Virus record (IMG/VR): IMGVR_UViG_3300031541_000012
Coordinates: 89,494-153,493 of that record
DNA: 64,000 nucleotides
Reading direction: 5' to 3' (one strand)
Source of the DNA: a virus
In this document: piece by piece, positions 36,016-44,268 of the stretch
Layout of the letters: each line of letters starts with the position of its first letter
Numbering within the stretch: position 1 is the stretch's first letter
Position numbers and translations under genes: made by a program
Notes under the pieces: model-generated
Told to the model about the DNA's origin: nothing
Databases searched by the model: none
What the model saw: only the letters and a program-made list of their open reading frames with translations

Positions 36016-37490
36016 GGAATTAGTTTCTGATCTCGTGCATTGTGCAGGACTTCATCATAAATTGGTCTGCCCCACTCTGTTGCATCGCCTTCAATTAGTT
36101 CATCAATCTTATTTACACCAGGAGTTTCCTGCTCACCTGTATACCAAGCAACAAGTTCAGGCCAGTTAGCAAAATCCTCAGCAAATGTTTTGCCGCGGCG
36201 CCGATCATATTGAGCATAAAAGTTGCGGAAGTCTTTTTGACGCTTTTCCAAATCGCTATGTAGTCCACCAATGTTATGTCCCTCATCAACTTCTTCTACG
36301 TAAGCAATAGTACGCTCAAATCCATCAATCTCATGCGGCTGCATACGCGCTGAATTTGCCTCTAGCCACTCACGCAACTGTTGCGCCTTTTGGTCGCGCA
36401 ATTCACGCGGTAAAGTTGTAATACTCTGGAAGCTAGGGAACCGCAATATATTATGACTGAATTCAATTTTAGTGTCTGTGGTGTTTTCTCGCAAGTCTAA
36501 TAGCCAATCATGGAATTCACTAAAGCTTGCAAGACACAATGCATTAATTGTCATCATGACATGGATGTATTGGAAGTCACCATTCTCCATAACGTACTCA
36601 AAGTTGTCACGCCACTCATCCCAAATCAATCTATCACGAATATACTCAGCATTGCTACCCATACTTTCATTACTGGTAAATAGATTGAATGTTGGGATGG
36701 TCTTGCTTAGTTTGACCAAACGTTCCAGTGGGCGGCGCTTTACACCCAAGTTAGTGTTAACACTGAGCGCAACCTCACACGTTGGGTTGTTCTCGTACCA
36801 TTCTACTAGCTTCCAAAAGTCTAAGCTAACAGTTGCCTCGCCACCAGTAACACGCAACTCGCGCAAGCTGTGTTGCAAGTCGCTTTCCCACCATTTCCAG
36901 AACGCATCAACATATGGGTTGCCTTCATTTTTGACACCATACGGCTGTGCCCAGATACCGTTGTGTGCATATGCGCCCCAGCCGTCGCTGATTAGGTCTT
37001 GATATGCGCCGTTCTTGTTTATGTCGTGTGCCCAGGTTGTACTGAACCCTGCATTACAATAACTACACGCAAAGTTGCAATTATTATCAAATGCAATTTC
37101 AAGTTGCTTGAGGTTTACATCCTGATCCCAAGGTGTATCATATGCCTCTTGTAGTTCTTCTGGTGTGTAAATGCTGCTCTTGTAGAAGCGATCGCTTACT
37201 AGGTCCTGTTTGAGGTTCTCAACACGCCAGCAATAGTCACACTCTTTTGTCTGAATACCCTCCTGCATTTCCTTACGCACAAGCTTTTTATAAGTTGTGT
37301 TATGCAAGGCTTTTGGGTTTGCACGAACTTCATCAGGATCGATTCGGTGTGGTGGCGGATGGTGGCAGCTGGTGGTTGCGCCATTGCCTAGCCAAATAGT
37401 TGCATTGTACCATTTAGCACCACAGAACGTGGGGCTCTTGTCGTTGACATAATTGTCCATCCAGTTTATGGATGTATTCTTTTTAGTCAT
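36012..37490 (-). CDS. N-terminal-twitch radical SAM protein (CHH variant)
   Basis: CGAKW...SCHH...CDYC, then CNFACSYC and TGGEAT. Confidence 0.9.
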   Translation of the reverse strand: MTKKNTSINWMDNYVNDKSPTFCGAKWYNATIWLGNGATTSCHHPPPHRIDPDEVRANPKALHNTTYKKLVRKEMQEGIQTKECDYCWRVENLKQDLVSDRFYKSSIYTPEELQEAYDTPWDQDVNLKQLEIAFDNNCNFACSYCNAGFSTTWAHDINKNGAYQDLISDGWGAYAHNGIWAQPYGVKNEGNPYVDAFWKWWESDLQHSLRELRVTGGEATVSLDFWKLVEWYENNPTCEVALSVNTNLGVKRRPLERLVKLSKTIPTFNLFTSNESMGSNAEYIRDRLIWDEWRDNFEYVMENGDFQYIHVMMTINALCLASFSEFHDWLLDLRENTTDTKIEFSHNILRFPSFQSITTLPRELRDQKAQQLREWLEANSARMQPHEIDGFERTIAYVEEVDEGHNIGGLHSDLEKRQKDFRNFYAQYDRRRGKTFAEDFANWPELVAWYTGEQETPGVNKIDELIEGDATEWGRPIYDEVLHNARDQKLIP

Positions 37491-38619
37491 AAAGATTCTT
37501 CATTCTGTTTTTTGCGCAATCGCTCGAGCACATCAAACTGCACATTGCAATCCGTCCCTCACGATGGTCTTTATTCCAGGTATCTTCAATTAGTTTGAAG
37601 TAGTCGCTGTTAACAATGTCTCGAATACTGTGTTTGTAGAGATCTAGGCTGTCCCAGCCTACATTTTCTGATATCCAGCGGCGGAATAGAACTGACTCAC
37701 GACCGCGCTGTACCTGTCCACTATGTCCAAGGAAACAACATGGATACAAATATCCCTGACTGTCAATATAGATCTCTCTGTCTCTAATACTCATACAATC
37801 AATACCAGGTGGATAATTGTTATCCATGTAATCATAGTAATTTTGTTTTTCAATCCTATCATCAAAGGCTGCTTTGTGTGCACGGGTTAATTCCAGATTG
37901 TATTCTGGTGGTGTCATGCTTTGCTCTGGTACTTCCTGTGGAGTAGCACCTGCCGGCCAAAGAGCGCTCTCAAACTCACCTGCACGATCCAAAACCAGCA
38001 TGTAATTGGTGCTGTTAAACGTGTCGTTAAAGCCAAATGGTATCTTGGTACGGAAATTAACGAAGCCCAATTCCTTTGCTAGCAGCCTAGCCTCTCGTAA
38101 TTGGTGCTCGTTGTGTTGGAATACGAGCATCTCCCAAATAGCTGCACCGCCTGCTGCAATAAATGCCTTGAAGTGTTCCTCAAGCTTGCGCCATTGTACG
38201 TTACGGCGATAGATGTCATTTGTATCGCTCAGTCCGTCAATGCTGAAGATCACGGCGCTATCGCCGCGCCCGGCCATGAGTTTACCCAATCGCGTCCACC
38301 AACGCGCACCGCGTAGTCCGCCGTTTGTGTTGATTTCTATCTTGACTGTGGAATTATGAGAATAGATCCATTCTACAATATCTGGCAAATCCTTGGCAGT
38401 AACTGGATCACCATAGTTACCACAAAAACGTATCTCTTCCAGTTGTTTTAGAGTGTCTACGTCTAGTATCTGCTTAAACTGTTCTATGCGGATCGCAGTT
38501 TCAAGTAAATTGTGTATGGTCTCACCGCCGTGCACATTTCGTGGACAATTAGGGCAGGCTGCATTGCACAAGCTGCTCAGTTCAAAATGTATACGACGAA
38601 TTTGATCATGTAATAGCAT
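37483..38619 (-). CDS. radical SAM protein, C-terminal twitch-type module
   Basis: CNAACPNC, CGNYGDP, C-terminal CMS...YPCC...CSLMC; paralogue of 24628..25710. Confidence 0.9.
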   Translation of the reverse strand: MLLHDQIRRIHFELSSLCNAACPNCPRNVHGGETIHNLLETAIRIEQFKQILDVDTLKQLEEIRFCGNYGDPVTAKDLPDIVEWIYSHNSTVKIEINTNGGLRGARWWTRLGKLMAGRGDSAVIFSIDGLSDTNDIYRRNVQWRKLEEHFKAFIAAGGAAIWEMLVFQHNEHQLREARLLAKELGFVNFRTKIPFGFNDTFNSTNYMLVLDRAGEFESALWPAGATPQEVPEQSMTPPEYNLELTRAHKAAFDDRIEKQNYYDYMDNNYPPGIDCMSIRDREIYIDSQGYLYPCCFLGHSGQVQRGRESVLFRRWISENVGWDSLDLYKHSIRDIVNSDYFKLIEDTWNKDHREGRIAMCSLMCSSDCAKNRMKNLYD

Positions 38620-40187
38620 TAGCTGTTGATCTTAACCCAGGACTCTTTGCCTTCGCGACATAGCTCATAAAAATCTGCCATCTCTGGGAACGTCTCTAAG
38701 AAATCTGTTCCTCTGCGAGCATCCATGCTGTTTACAAAGTCGTAAAACTTAGCTCTGTTCTCTAGGATGTCATAACGACTGTCCTGATCATCGCGTGTCT
38801 TACGATTAAAATACATGCGGTGGACAATTATGCGCTTGAGCTTTTCGATCTCGTAATTCTCAAAACCTTGATGGTCGCCCCATACACTGCTAGCTGCATG
38901 ACTTGCCATGAAGTCCAGTGTTGGGATCATATACTTTTCCACCATGTCAGCATCGACATATTGCGCATCTAGAAACTCTGGACTACGCAAGTATGGTACG
39001 TCAATGCCTGCCGTGACATGGTGGTTGGGGTTTGCATCGCGGCGGGATTTATATCCACGCTCTACTAGGTTGAAGCCGGTATTTTCTTCAAGATGGACGC
39101 TGCTATTATTAGGGTTGTACTTGACTTTCATCTCGTGTATCCACTCAAGCATATCTTTCATACTGGTGACACTGAAGATATTGTAAGCTGCCATTACCAC
39201 ACAACGAACATTGCCTAGCTGCAAAATCTGTTCGTAACGCTTGCGTAGTAGTTCAAAGTTCAATCCTGTGCGAGCATACTCTGCTTTGTCACCCCAGCCC
39301 TCAATGCTGGTATAGACTGTGATCTTCTTGACACGATTGTCTGTGCGCAGGACACTGAGTTTGTCAATAAACTGATCCCACAGTTTGTCAGGTACGCTGA
39401 AGTTTGAGTTAATTGAGAATTCTAACTCTGGGTTAGGGTTATCAATTAGCCAATCCATACTCTTAAATGTTTCTTTGCTCATTAGAGGCTCACCGCCTGT
39501 AATGCGATAGTGACGCAGGTGTGGCAGTGCATTAGGGAACCATTTCCAAAATGCATCAATGTATGGATTGAACTCGCGGTTCTTGTAGTTAAGTTTGTCT
39601 AGGTTCTGGTAACCCTGTACCCACTGTTCGTTTTCTGTACCCTCAAGTACCTTAACGGGACCTTGCTGCTTGAGCTCTTCTACCCACTTGCTGCTAAACT
39701 CTGGACCACAGTAGGTACACTTCATGTTGCACACATTGCTAAAGCTCACCTCAAGGTAGCTGGGGTAGATGTCCTCGTCACCAGTTAGCTGCGCAACATC
39801 ATCATGATCAGGTAATGCCCAAGGCTCCAGGCTTTTAAAGTGGCGGTCACTGGTACCATCGTCATCCTCAATGCGCCAGCAATAGTCACACTCTTTAGGG
39901 CGGTCGCCGTTAAGCATTTCTCTACGCGCATTTTTAAGGCGCGGAGTATTGAACAGCAAATTGGGATCAAGCTGCACTGCATCAGGATCGATCTTATGCG
40001 GGGTGGGGTGGTGGCAACTGTGTGTCATGCCTGTACCCAAGTGCAATGTTACTTGCTTAAACTTGGCAAGACAAAAGCCACAACCAGTGTTGTTAAGCAG
40101 GTTCTTGACGTTATCGATATTTGTATCATTATTGGCAATTAGCCCGCTGGGCTCACGGTACCAATCTAAATCATCTAGTTTTGTCAT
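38619..40187 (-). CDS. N-terminal-twitch radical SAM protein (CHH variant)
   Basis: CLAKF...SCHH...CDYC, then CNMKCTYC and TGGEPL. Confidence 0.9.
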   Translation of the reverse strand: MTKLDDLDWYREPSGLIANNDTNIDNVKNLLNNTGCGFCLAKFKQVTLHLGTGMTHSCHHPTPHKIDPDAVQLDPNLLFNTPRLKNARREMLNGDRPKECDYCWRIEDDDGTSDRHFKSLEPWALPDHDDVAQLTGDEDIYPSYLEVSFSNVCNMKCTYCGPEFSSKWVEELKQQGPVKVLEGTENEQWVQGYQNLDKLNYKNREFNPYIDAFWKWFPNALPHLRHYRITGGEPLMSKETFKSMDWLIDNPNPELEFSINSNFSVPDKLWDQFIDKLSVLRTDNRVKKITVYTSIEGWGDKAEYARTGLNFELLRKRYEQILQLGNVRCVVMAAYNIFSVTSMKDMLEWIHEMKVKYNPNNSSVHLEENTGFNLVERGYKSRRDANPNHHVTAGIDVPYLRSPEFLDAQYVDADMVEKYMIPTLDFMASHAASSVWGDHQGFENYEIEKLKRIIVHRMYFNRKTRDDQDSRYDILENRAKFYDFVNSMDARRGTDFLETFPEMADFYELCREGKESWVKINS

Positions 40188-41170
40188 ACTTTGATCTCGT
40201 TTGTAACCTCTTCCTCACGTGCCATTGGCTTGACACGCGCAGGGTTTACATATGATGCTTTGAAGAATCGGCTACCAACAGGATCAATGTCAGCAATCTC
40301 CAGATCCAATTTGTGGCGCAATTCCTCTCCAAGTTCTTTTGTGGCTTTCTCTAGTGTTTCATGCATCCAGGTAAATCCAGTGCGTTCACACATTCTATCA
40401 CCAGCAATGGCTTCAAACTGTGGTGCGACTTCCTCAGCCCAATAGTTGTTCAGCCATTTAAAGTCACGAACATTTTTCCAGTCCCATGTCTCACGGCGCA
40501 GATTGGTCATTGCACAACCAAGACGAGCACCGTAGATGCCCCATAGCCCATTCAGTGCGTCAGCACCAATACTCTGCCACACAAGCAGACGTTGGTAGTT
40601 CTTATGGTGGATATCCTTGATGCGTTGCTTACTGACGACATCACCATGCTCGAGTGTCATTTTAACACCTTCACGGAAACCTGCACGCCATGCTTGGAGC
40701 GGGCTAGCGTTGTTATGTACATCGCTGTATACGTTGTTCATTTGTACGTAGTTGATGTTCCAACAAAAATCAACCTGTGCTCGTTTGTCATTTTGCGGTG
40801 CTGCTTCATGTGTGCGCATGTTCTCAATAACATGACGTGGCCAACACTTGATGCCGCCGTTTCCGTAAACCAATCCATTGATCTCGTTCTTTGCTGCCCA
40901 GCTGATGACATCTTTGCGTGTGATAAAGCTCATGTCTAGTTCAAGGTTGAAGAACTCTGGATGTACACGATTGTCTGCATCTACTGTGATAATGCGGTCT
41001 GTTTCGCATAGCTTTACCGCTGCCTTGTGTGCTGCGTCACTACCATACACACCATGGCTGCGTACTGCCCATGGACACTTGTCTAGTAGATCCTGCCAAT
41101 TGTCATCAGCGTTGGGTTCATCATAGCTGATGAATACGACATCAAATTCGTTAATTGGTGTCAGTGTCAT
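40184..41170 (-). CDS. glycosyltransferase-like protein (GT-A)
   Basis: DVVFISYDEP, ITVDAD (DxD), YGNGGIKCWP and AWRAGFRE motifs. Confidence 0.65.
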   Translation of the reverse strand: MTLTPINEFDVVFISYDEPNADDNWQDLLDKCPWAVRSHGVYGSDAAHKAAVKLCETDRIITVDADNRVHPEFFNLELDMSFITRKDVISWAAKNEINGLVYGNGGIKCWPRHVIENMRTHEAAPQNDKRAQVDFCWNINYVQMNNVYSDVHNNASPLQAWRAGFREGVKMTLEHGDVVSKQRIKDIHHKNYQRLLVWQSIGADALNGLWGIYGARLGCAMTNLRRETWDWKNVRDFKWLNNYWAEEVAPQFEAIAGDRMCERTGFTWMHETLEKATKELGEELRHKLDLEIADIDPVGSRFFKASYVNPARVKPMAREEEVTNEIKV

Positions 41171-42137
41171 GGACTTTCCTCTTGTTAATTTTTATTTGTG
41201 GGTTTTGAAACATGATCCCAATATCATCAATATCAAAGTCCACTAGAAATCTTTCCGGCCTGCCCATTCGTAGGTTAGCCACGTTTACTGCAAATGTGTC
41301 AATCAAATGATCTGGCGTTTTGCCAACGACGTAAAACTTCATCTTGCGCATAAAAAACTCCAGCTCGTTGAGCTCGTTCACTGTGACATTTGACTTTACT
41401 GTGAGAATATCGTTCTCTTGTTCAAATGTAAAATGTCCAGCGGCAGCACTGCTAACAAATTGCCAGCGGTTACTGTAACGTTTAAACTTGCGCTGGTCCG
41501 CTGTATCAATAAATTGATCACGTGTTACTGTGACATAATAGTTTTCAAAATAGCGACGTGTTAATACGTCAACATCATGTAAACTAGCATACTTGACTAC
41601 GTCACTGATGTCAAATGCTTGTTTACCTTGCACAATAAGACTTTCAGCATCAACCTTAATCGTCTTGATTAAATGGTCCGGGCGATCCTTACGCACAATA
41701 TAAAACTCAAATTCGGCATCACGGTCCAGTGTGATCTCTTTGCGCATTTTGATGCTGACAAGGCGATCAATAATACCTGGATTGAACTCTACAACAAACC
41801 TGCTGTTGTCAGTATATATCTTGGTTCGAATGTCCCAGTTATTAAGGCGCTGCCGTGGTAACAAAAAGAGATCATCTTCACGCCTGCGCAGGCGCAGAAC
41901 TTCATCCTTCTTGACAAGTTTCTGTCCATCACCAAAATCCATTGTAACCATATAATGAGTTTCACTCGCAGTACCATTAAAGATATTGCGAGCAATTTCG
42001 TCATTTGCGGTTATGTATGGTGCAGGTGTATCTGATCTCTTGCTTTTACCTAGACTGAGTATTTCGCCAGTCCAGTCATTGTAGTAGACATAGATATCAC
42101 GCTGCTTGGAGGACCTTGCCTTTTTGATAATGTTCAT
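41151..42137 (-). CDS. hypothetical protein
   Basis: 328 aa coupled ORF. Confidence 0.7.
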   Translation of the reverse strand: MNIIKKARSSKQRDIYVYYNDWTGEILSLGKSKRSDTPAPYITANDEIARNIFNGTASETHYMVTMDFGDGQKLVKKDEVLRLRRREDDLFLLPRQRLNNWDIRTKIYTDNSRFVVEFNPGIIDRLVSIKMRKEITLDRDAEFEFYIVRKDRPDHLIKTIKVDAESLIVQGKQAFDISDVVKYASLHDVDVLTRRYFENYYVTVTRDQFIDTADQRKFKRYSNRWQFVSSAAAGHFTFEQENDILTVKSNVTVNELNELEFFMRKMKFYVVGKTPDHLIDTFAVNVANLRMGRPERFLVDFDIDDIGIMFQNPQIKINKRKVHDTDTN

Positions 42138-42957
42138 GTATTTTGGTGATTATTTCATCAGTTAACAGCTCAGGATCACTGTATCGCACAATTCCTGTCT
42201 GTCTATAATTGTTTATCTTGATGTGAACATCGTCCGTGACCCAAAAGTTAAGGGACTCAATCCAATCAAAATCGTCATCTTCGTCTGGCTCAGGGAATTG
42301 TATACCCATATCGCGATAGTGGAATAGATCGCTAGTCAAATATGTTTCGCCTAGCATGTCAGCAACTGTGTTTACTACAACTGTCATATCAAAGTCTTCT
42401 GGACGTGCTTCTGTTAGCACTTCACGATATACGTCACGCCAGCTTTTAAACACTGGGTCAGCCATTTTAAAAAACTCACTGGCTACTTGACTCTTGCGCC
42501 AAAATACCATGCCCGTGTCAAATATGTTGATGCTGTTACGCTGTTGTACATCATACATCTTACGTGAGAAAAGTTCAATTCGTTCCGACCGGAAAGTCAG
42601 TGCTCGTCCAAACAAAATATCTTCCTGGGCGCATTCCCACAAACTTGCAATAGATTCTGTTGCGATGCTGTACGTGTCTACGTATAGATTTTCTTCAAAC
42701 GGGCTGGCATAATATAGCTGCCAGAAGTCAATACGTATGTCATGGTGGTTGCTGTCACTTCTACCATAAGGCAGTTCAACAATGTAGTCAAATCCACCTT
42801 CATAACGAAGCGGAACGTCTTCGTGCTTGTGGACCACAACACAAACTTCACGATCTGGGTCCAACATCTTGATACTAAGACTGAGTGCATACGCGCAAGC
42901 GATGTTCTGTGTTTCACCGTAATCGTCGACACCCATTATGATATAGCCCTGGGTCAT
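42097..42957 (-). CDS. glycosyltransferase-like protein (GT8-like)
   Basis: AYALSLSIK, SPFEENLYVD and DTGMVFW motifs; paralogue of the adjacent gene. Confidence 0.6.
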   Translation of the reverse strand: MTQGYIIMGVDDYGETQNIACAYALSLSIKMLDPDREVCVVVHKHEDVPLRYEGGFDYIVELPYGRSDSNHHDIRIDFWQLYYASPFEENLYVDTYSIATESIASLWECAQEDILFGRALTFRSERIELFSRKMYDVQQRNSINIFDTGMVFWRKSQVASEFFKMADPVFKSWRDVYREVLTEARPEDFDMTVVVNTVADMLGETYLTSDLFHYRDMGIQFPEPDEDDDFDWIESLNFWVTDDVHIKINNYRQTGIVRYSDPELLTDEIITKIHEHYQKGKVLQAA

Positions 42958-43853
42958 GTGTTCTCCTCAAAACGTTCCATGAGCTCGTCATAGCGCCGCT
43001 CAAGTGCACGTTTGTTCATCACGTGCAAGTTTTCATTCGTGATGCGCGTTGCAGTATCAACCCATTCTTCCTCACGATCGTTAACAAGGAATACCCAGTC
43101 ATCAATGTCGTTAATCTTTATGATGTCATCTCGTTGACTCATGTAGATCATGTCTTGTGGGAAGTCCTCAATCAGTTCGCCCGGTCCCATTCCGTTGAGC
43201 AAGTGTGCTGCAATACTCACACAAAAATCTGTGCGGAACATGTCACCTGGGAAGCCGTAAAGGAATGTGTAGAACTCATAGTTGTCTGCAACATGTGCCC
43301 ACATATTGAAAAACTCTTCAGTCAGACTATGGTTCTTGTTGAAATAAACCGCAGTGCTCCACATCATAGGGATGCCTGCTTCGTTTAGATATTGCTGTTT
43401 GGGATGCGGTGGCAACCCTACTAATGTCTCGGCGCCGTGGAACAGTGTAACACTGCTTTCAGTATCAAACACGTATTCAAGGTCTGCATTCTGCACAATG
43501 TAGTCTGTATCAAGCAACAGGGTACGGTCATATGGACTGAACTCAAATACACGATGTTTGTTGCCGTTTTTAAATGCACTAACAAATTTGGTATAAGGTG
43601 AGTCGTAATGTACCCGCTTATTAGGACGGTTGCTAGCTGTTGTCAGCACAACATCATCAAATACTTGATCCGCGCGGCCACCGTCTGCTGTGCTGCTAAA
43701 CCATTCCCAGCTAGCACTGTCTGTAATCACACAGATACTCTGCTCAGGCATATGTCTGCGGACATAATGCGCTGCCAGAGTTGCAAGCTTTAGGTAGTTG
43801 ATTTGTTCGGTATTGTACGCAAAGAATACAACACCAGTAGTTTCATCTGTCAT
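42954..43853 (-). CDS. glycosyltransferase-like protein (GT8-like)
   Basis: SPYDRTLLLDTD (DxD), WSTAVYF and RTDFCVSIA motifs. Confidence 0.65.
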   Translation of the reverse strand: MTDETTGVVFFAYNTEQINYLKLATLAAHYVRRHMPEQSICVITDSASWEWFSSTADGGRADQVFDDVVLTTASNRPNKRVHYDSPYTKFVSAFKNGNKHRVFEFSPYDRTLLLDTDYIVQNADLEYVFDTESSVTLFHGAETLVGLPPHPKQQYLNEAGIPMMWSTAVYFNKNHSLTEEFFNMWAHVADNYEFYTFLYGFPGDMFRTDFCVSIAAHLLNGMGPGELIEDFPQDMIYMSQRDDIIKINDIDDWVFLVNDREEEWVDTATRITNENLHVMNKRALERRYDELMERFEENT

Positions 43854-44200
43854 TACCAGTTCATTGCTTTCTTGACGTCACGCGCTTTTTTCAGCTTCTT
43901 CATCTCTGATGAATACTCGTTGGTTGCTTCAAAATATGCGTCAAGCAATCGTGTTTGGAACTCTTCCAAGTCCTCAATCTCAATTGGGTTATTCTTGTTG
44001 TCCATCAGCACGGCATCGTTATGCCCTACTGTGATCATCGTAGCCACAAAGGCCACTGTTTCTTTGTCTGCTGTAAACACGCCGTTGTTGAAGTGAACTG
44101 TAGTCATAGCTTCAAAGCGACGTAACAATGCGGTGCGTCTATTTTCGATAGTTGCACGGTATTGCGAAAAGGCTAACGCCCTCTCAAGTCGTTCGTCCAT
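43853..44200 (-). CDS. hypothetical protein (possibly tail-fibre assembly chaperone-like)
   Basis: 115 aa, strong SD AAGGAG, located between tail genes and the GT block; function assignment weak. Confidence 0.6.
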   Translation of the reverse strand: MDERLERALAFSQYRATIENRRTALLRRFEAMTTVHFNNGVFTADKETVAFVATMITVGHNDAVLMDNKNNPIEIEDLEEFQTRLLDAYFEATNEYSSEMKKLKKARDVKKAMNW

Positions 44201-44225
44201 GGTAACTCCTTAAGGATATAGACTC

Positions 44226-44254
44226 ATTCTACGTGGTCTATTGTAAAAAGTCAA
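44226..44254 (-). promoter_or_regulatory. sigma70-type promoter at head of enzyme cluster
   Basis: - strand TTGACT (44254-44249), 17 nt spacer, TAGAAT (44231-44226). Confidence 0.75.
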
Positions 44255-44268
44255 ATGATTTCCGTGTG

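Noticed and set aside
10772-40187. 7-deazaguanine (QueE) or anaerobic RNR activase (NrdG) role for the radical SAMs
   Set aside because: No FolE/QueD/QueC/DpdA or NrdD genes are recognisable in the window. The twitch modules and protein lengths do not fit these small enzymes.
10772-40187. Classical RiPP cluster with a dedicated precursor peptide
   Set aside because: No leader/core-type precursor, RRE/PqqD domain, peptidase or exporter recognised. The small ORFs found look like partner or structural peptides.
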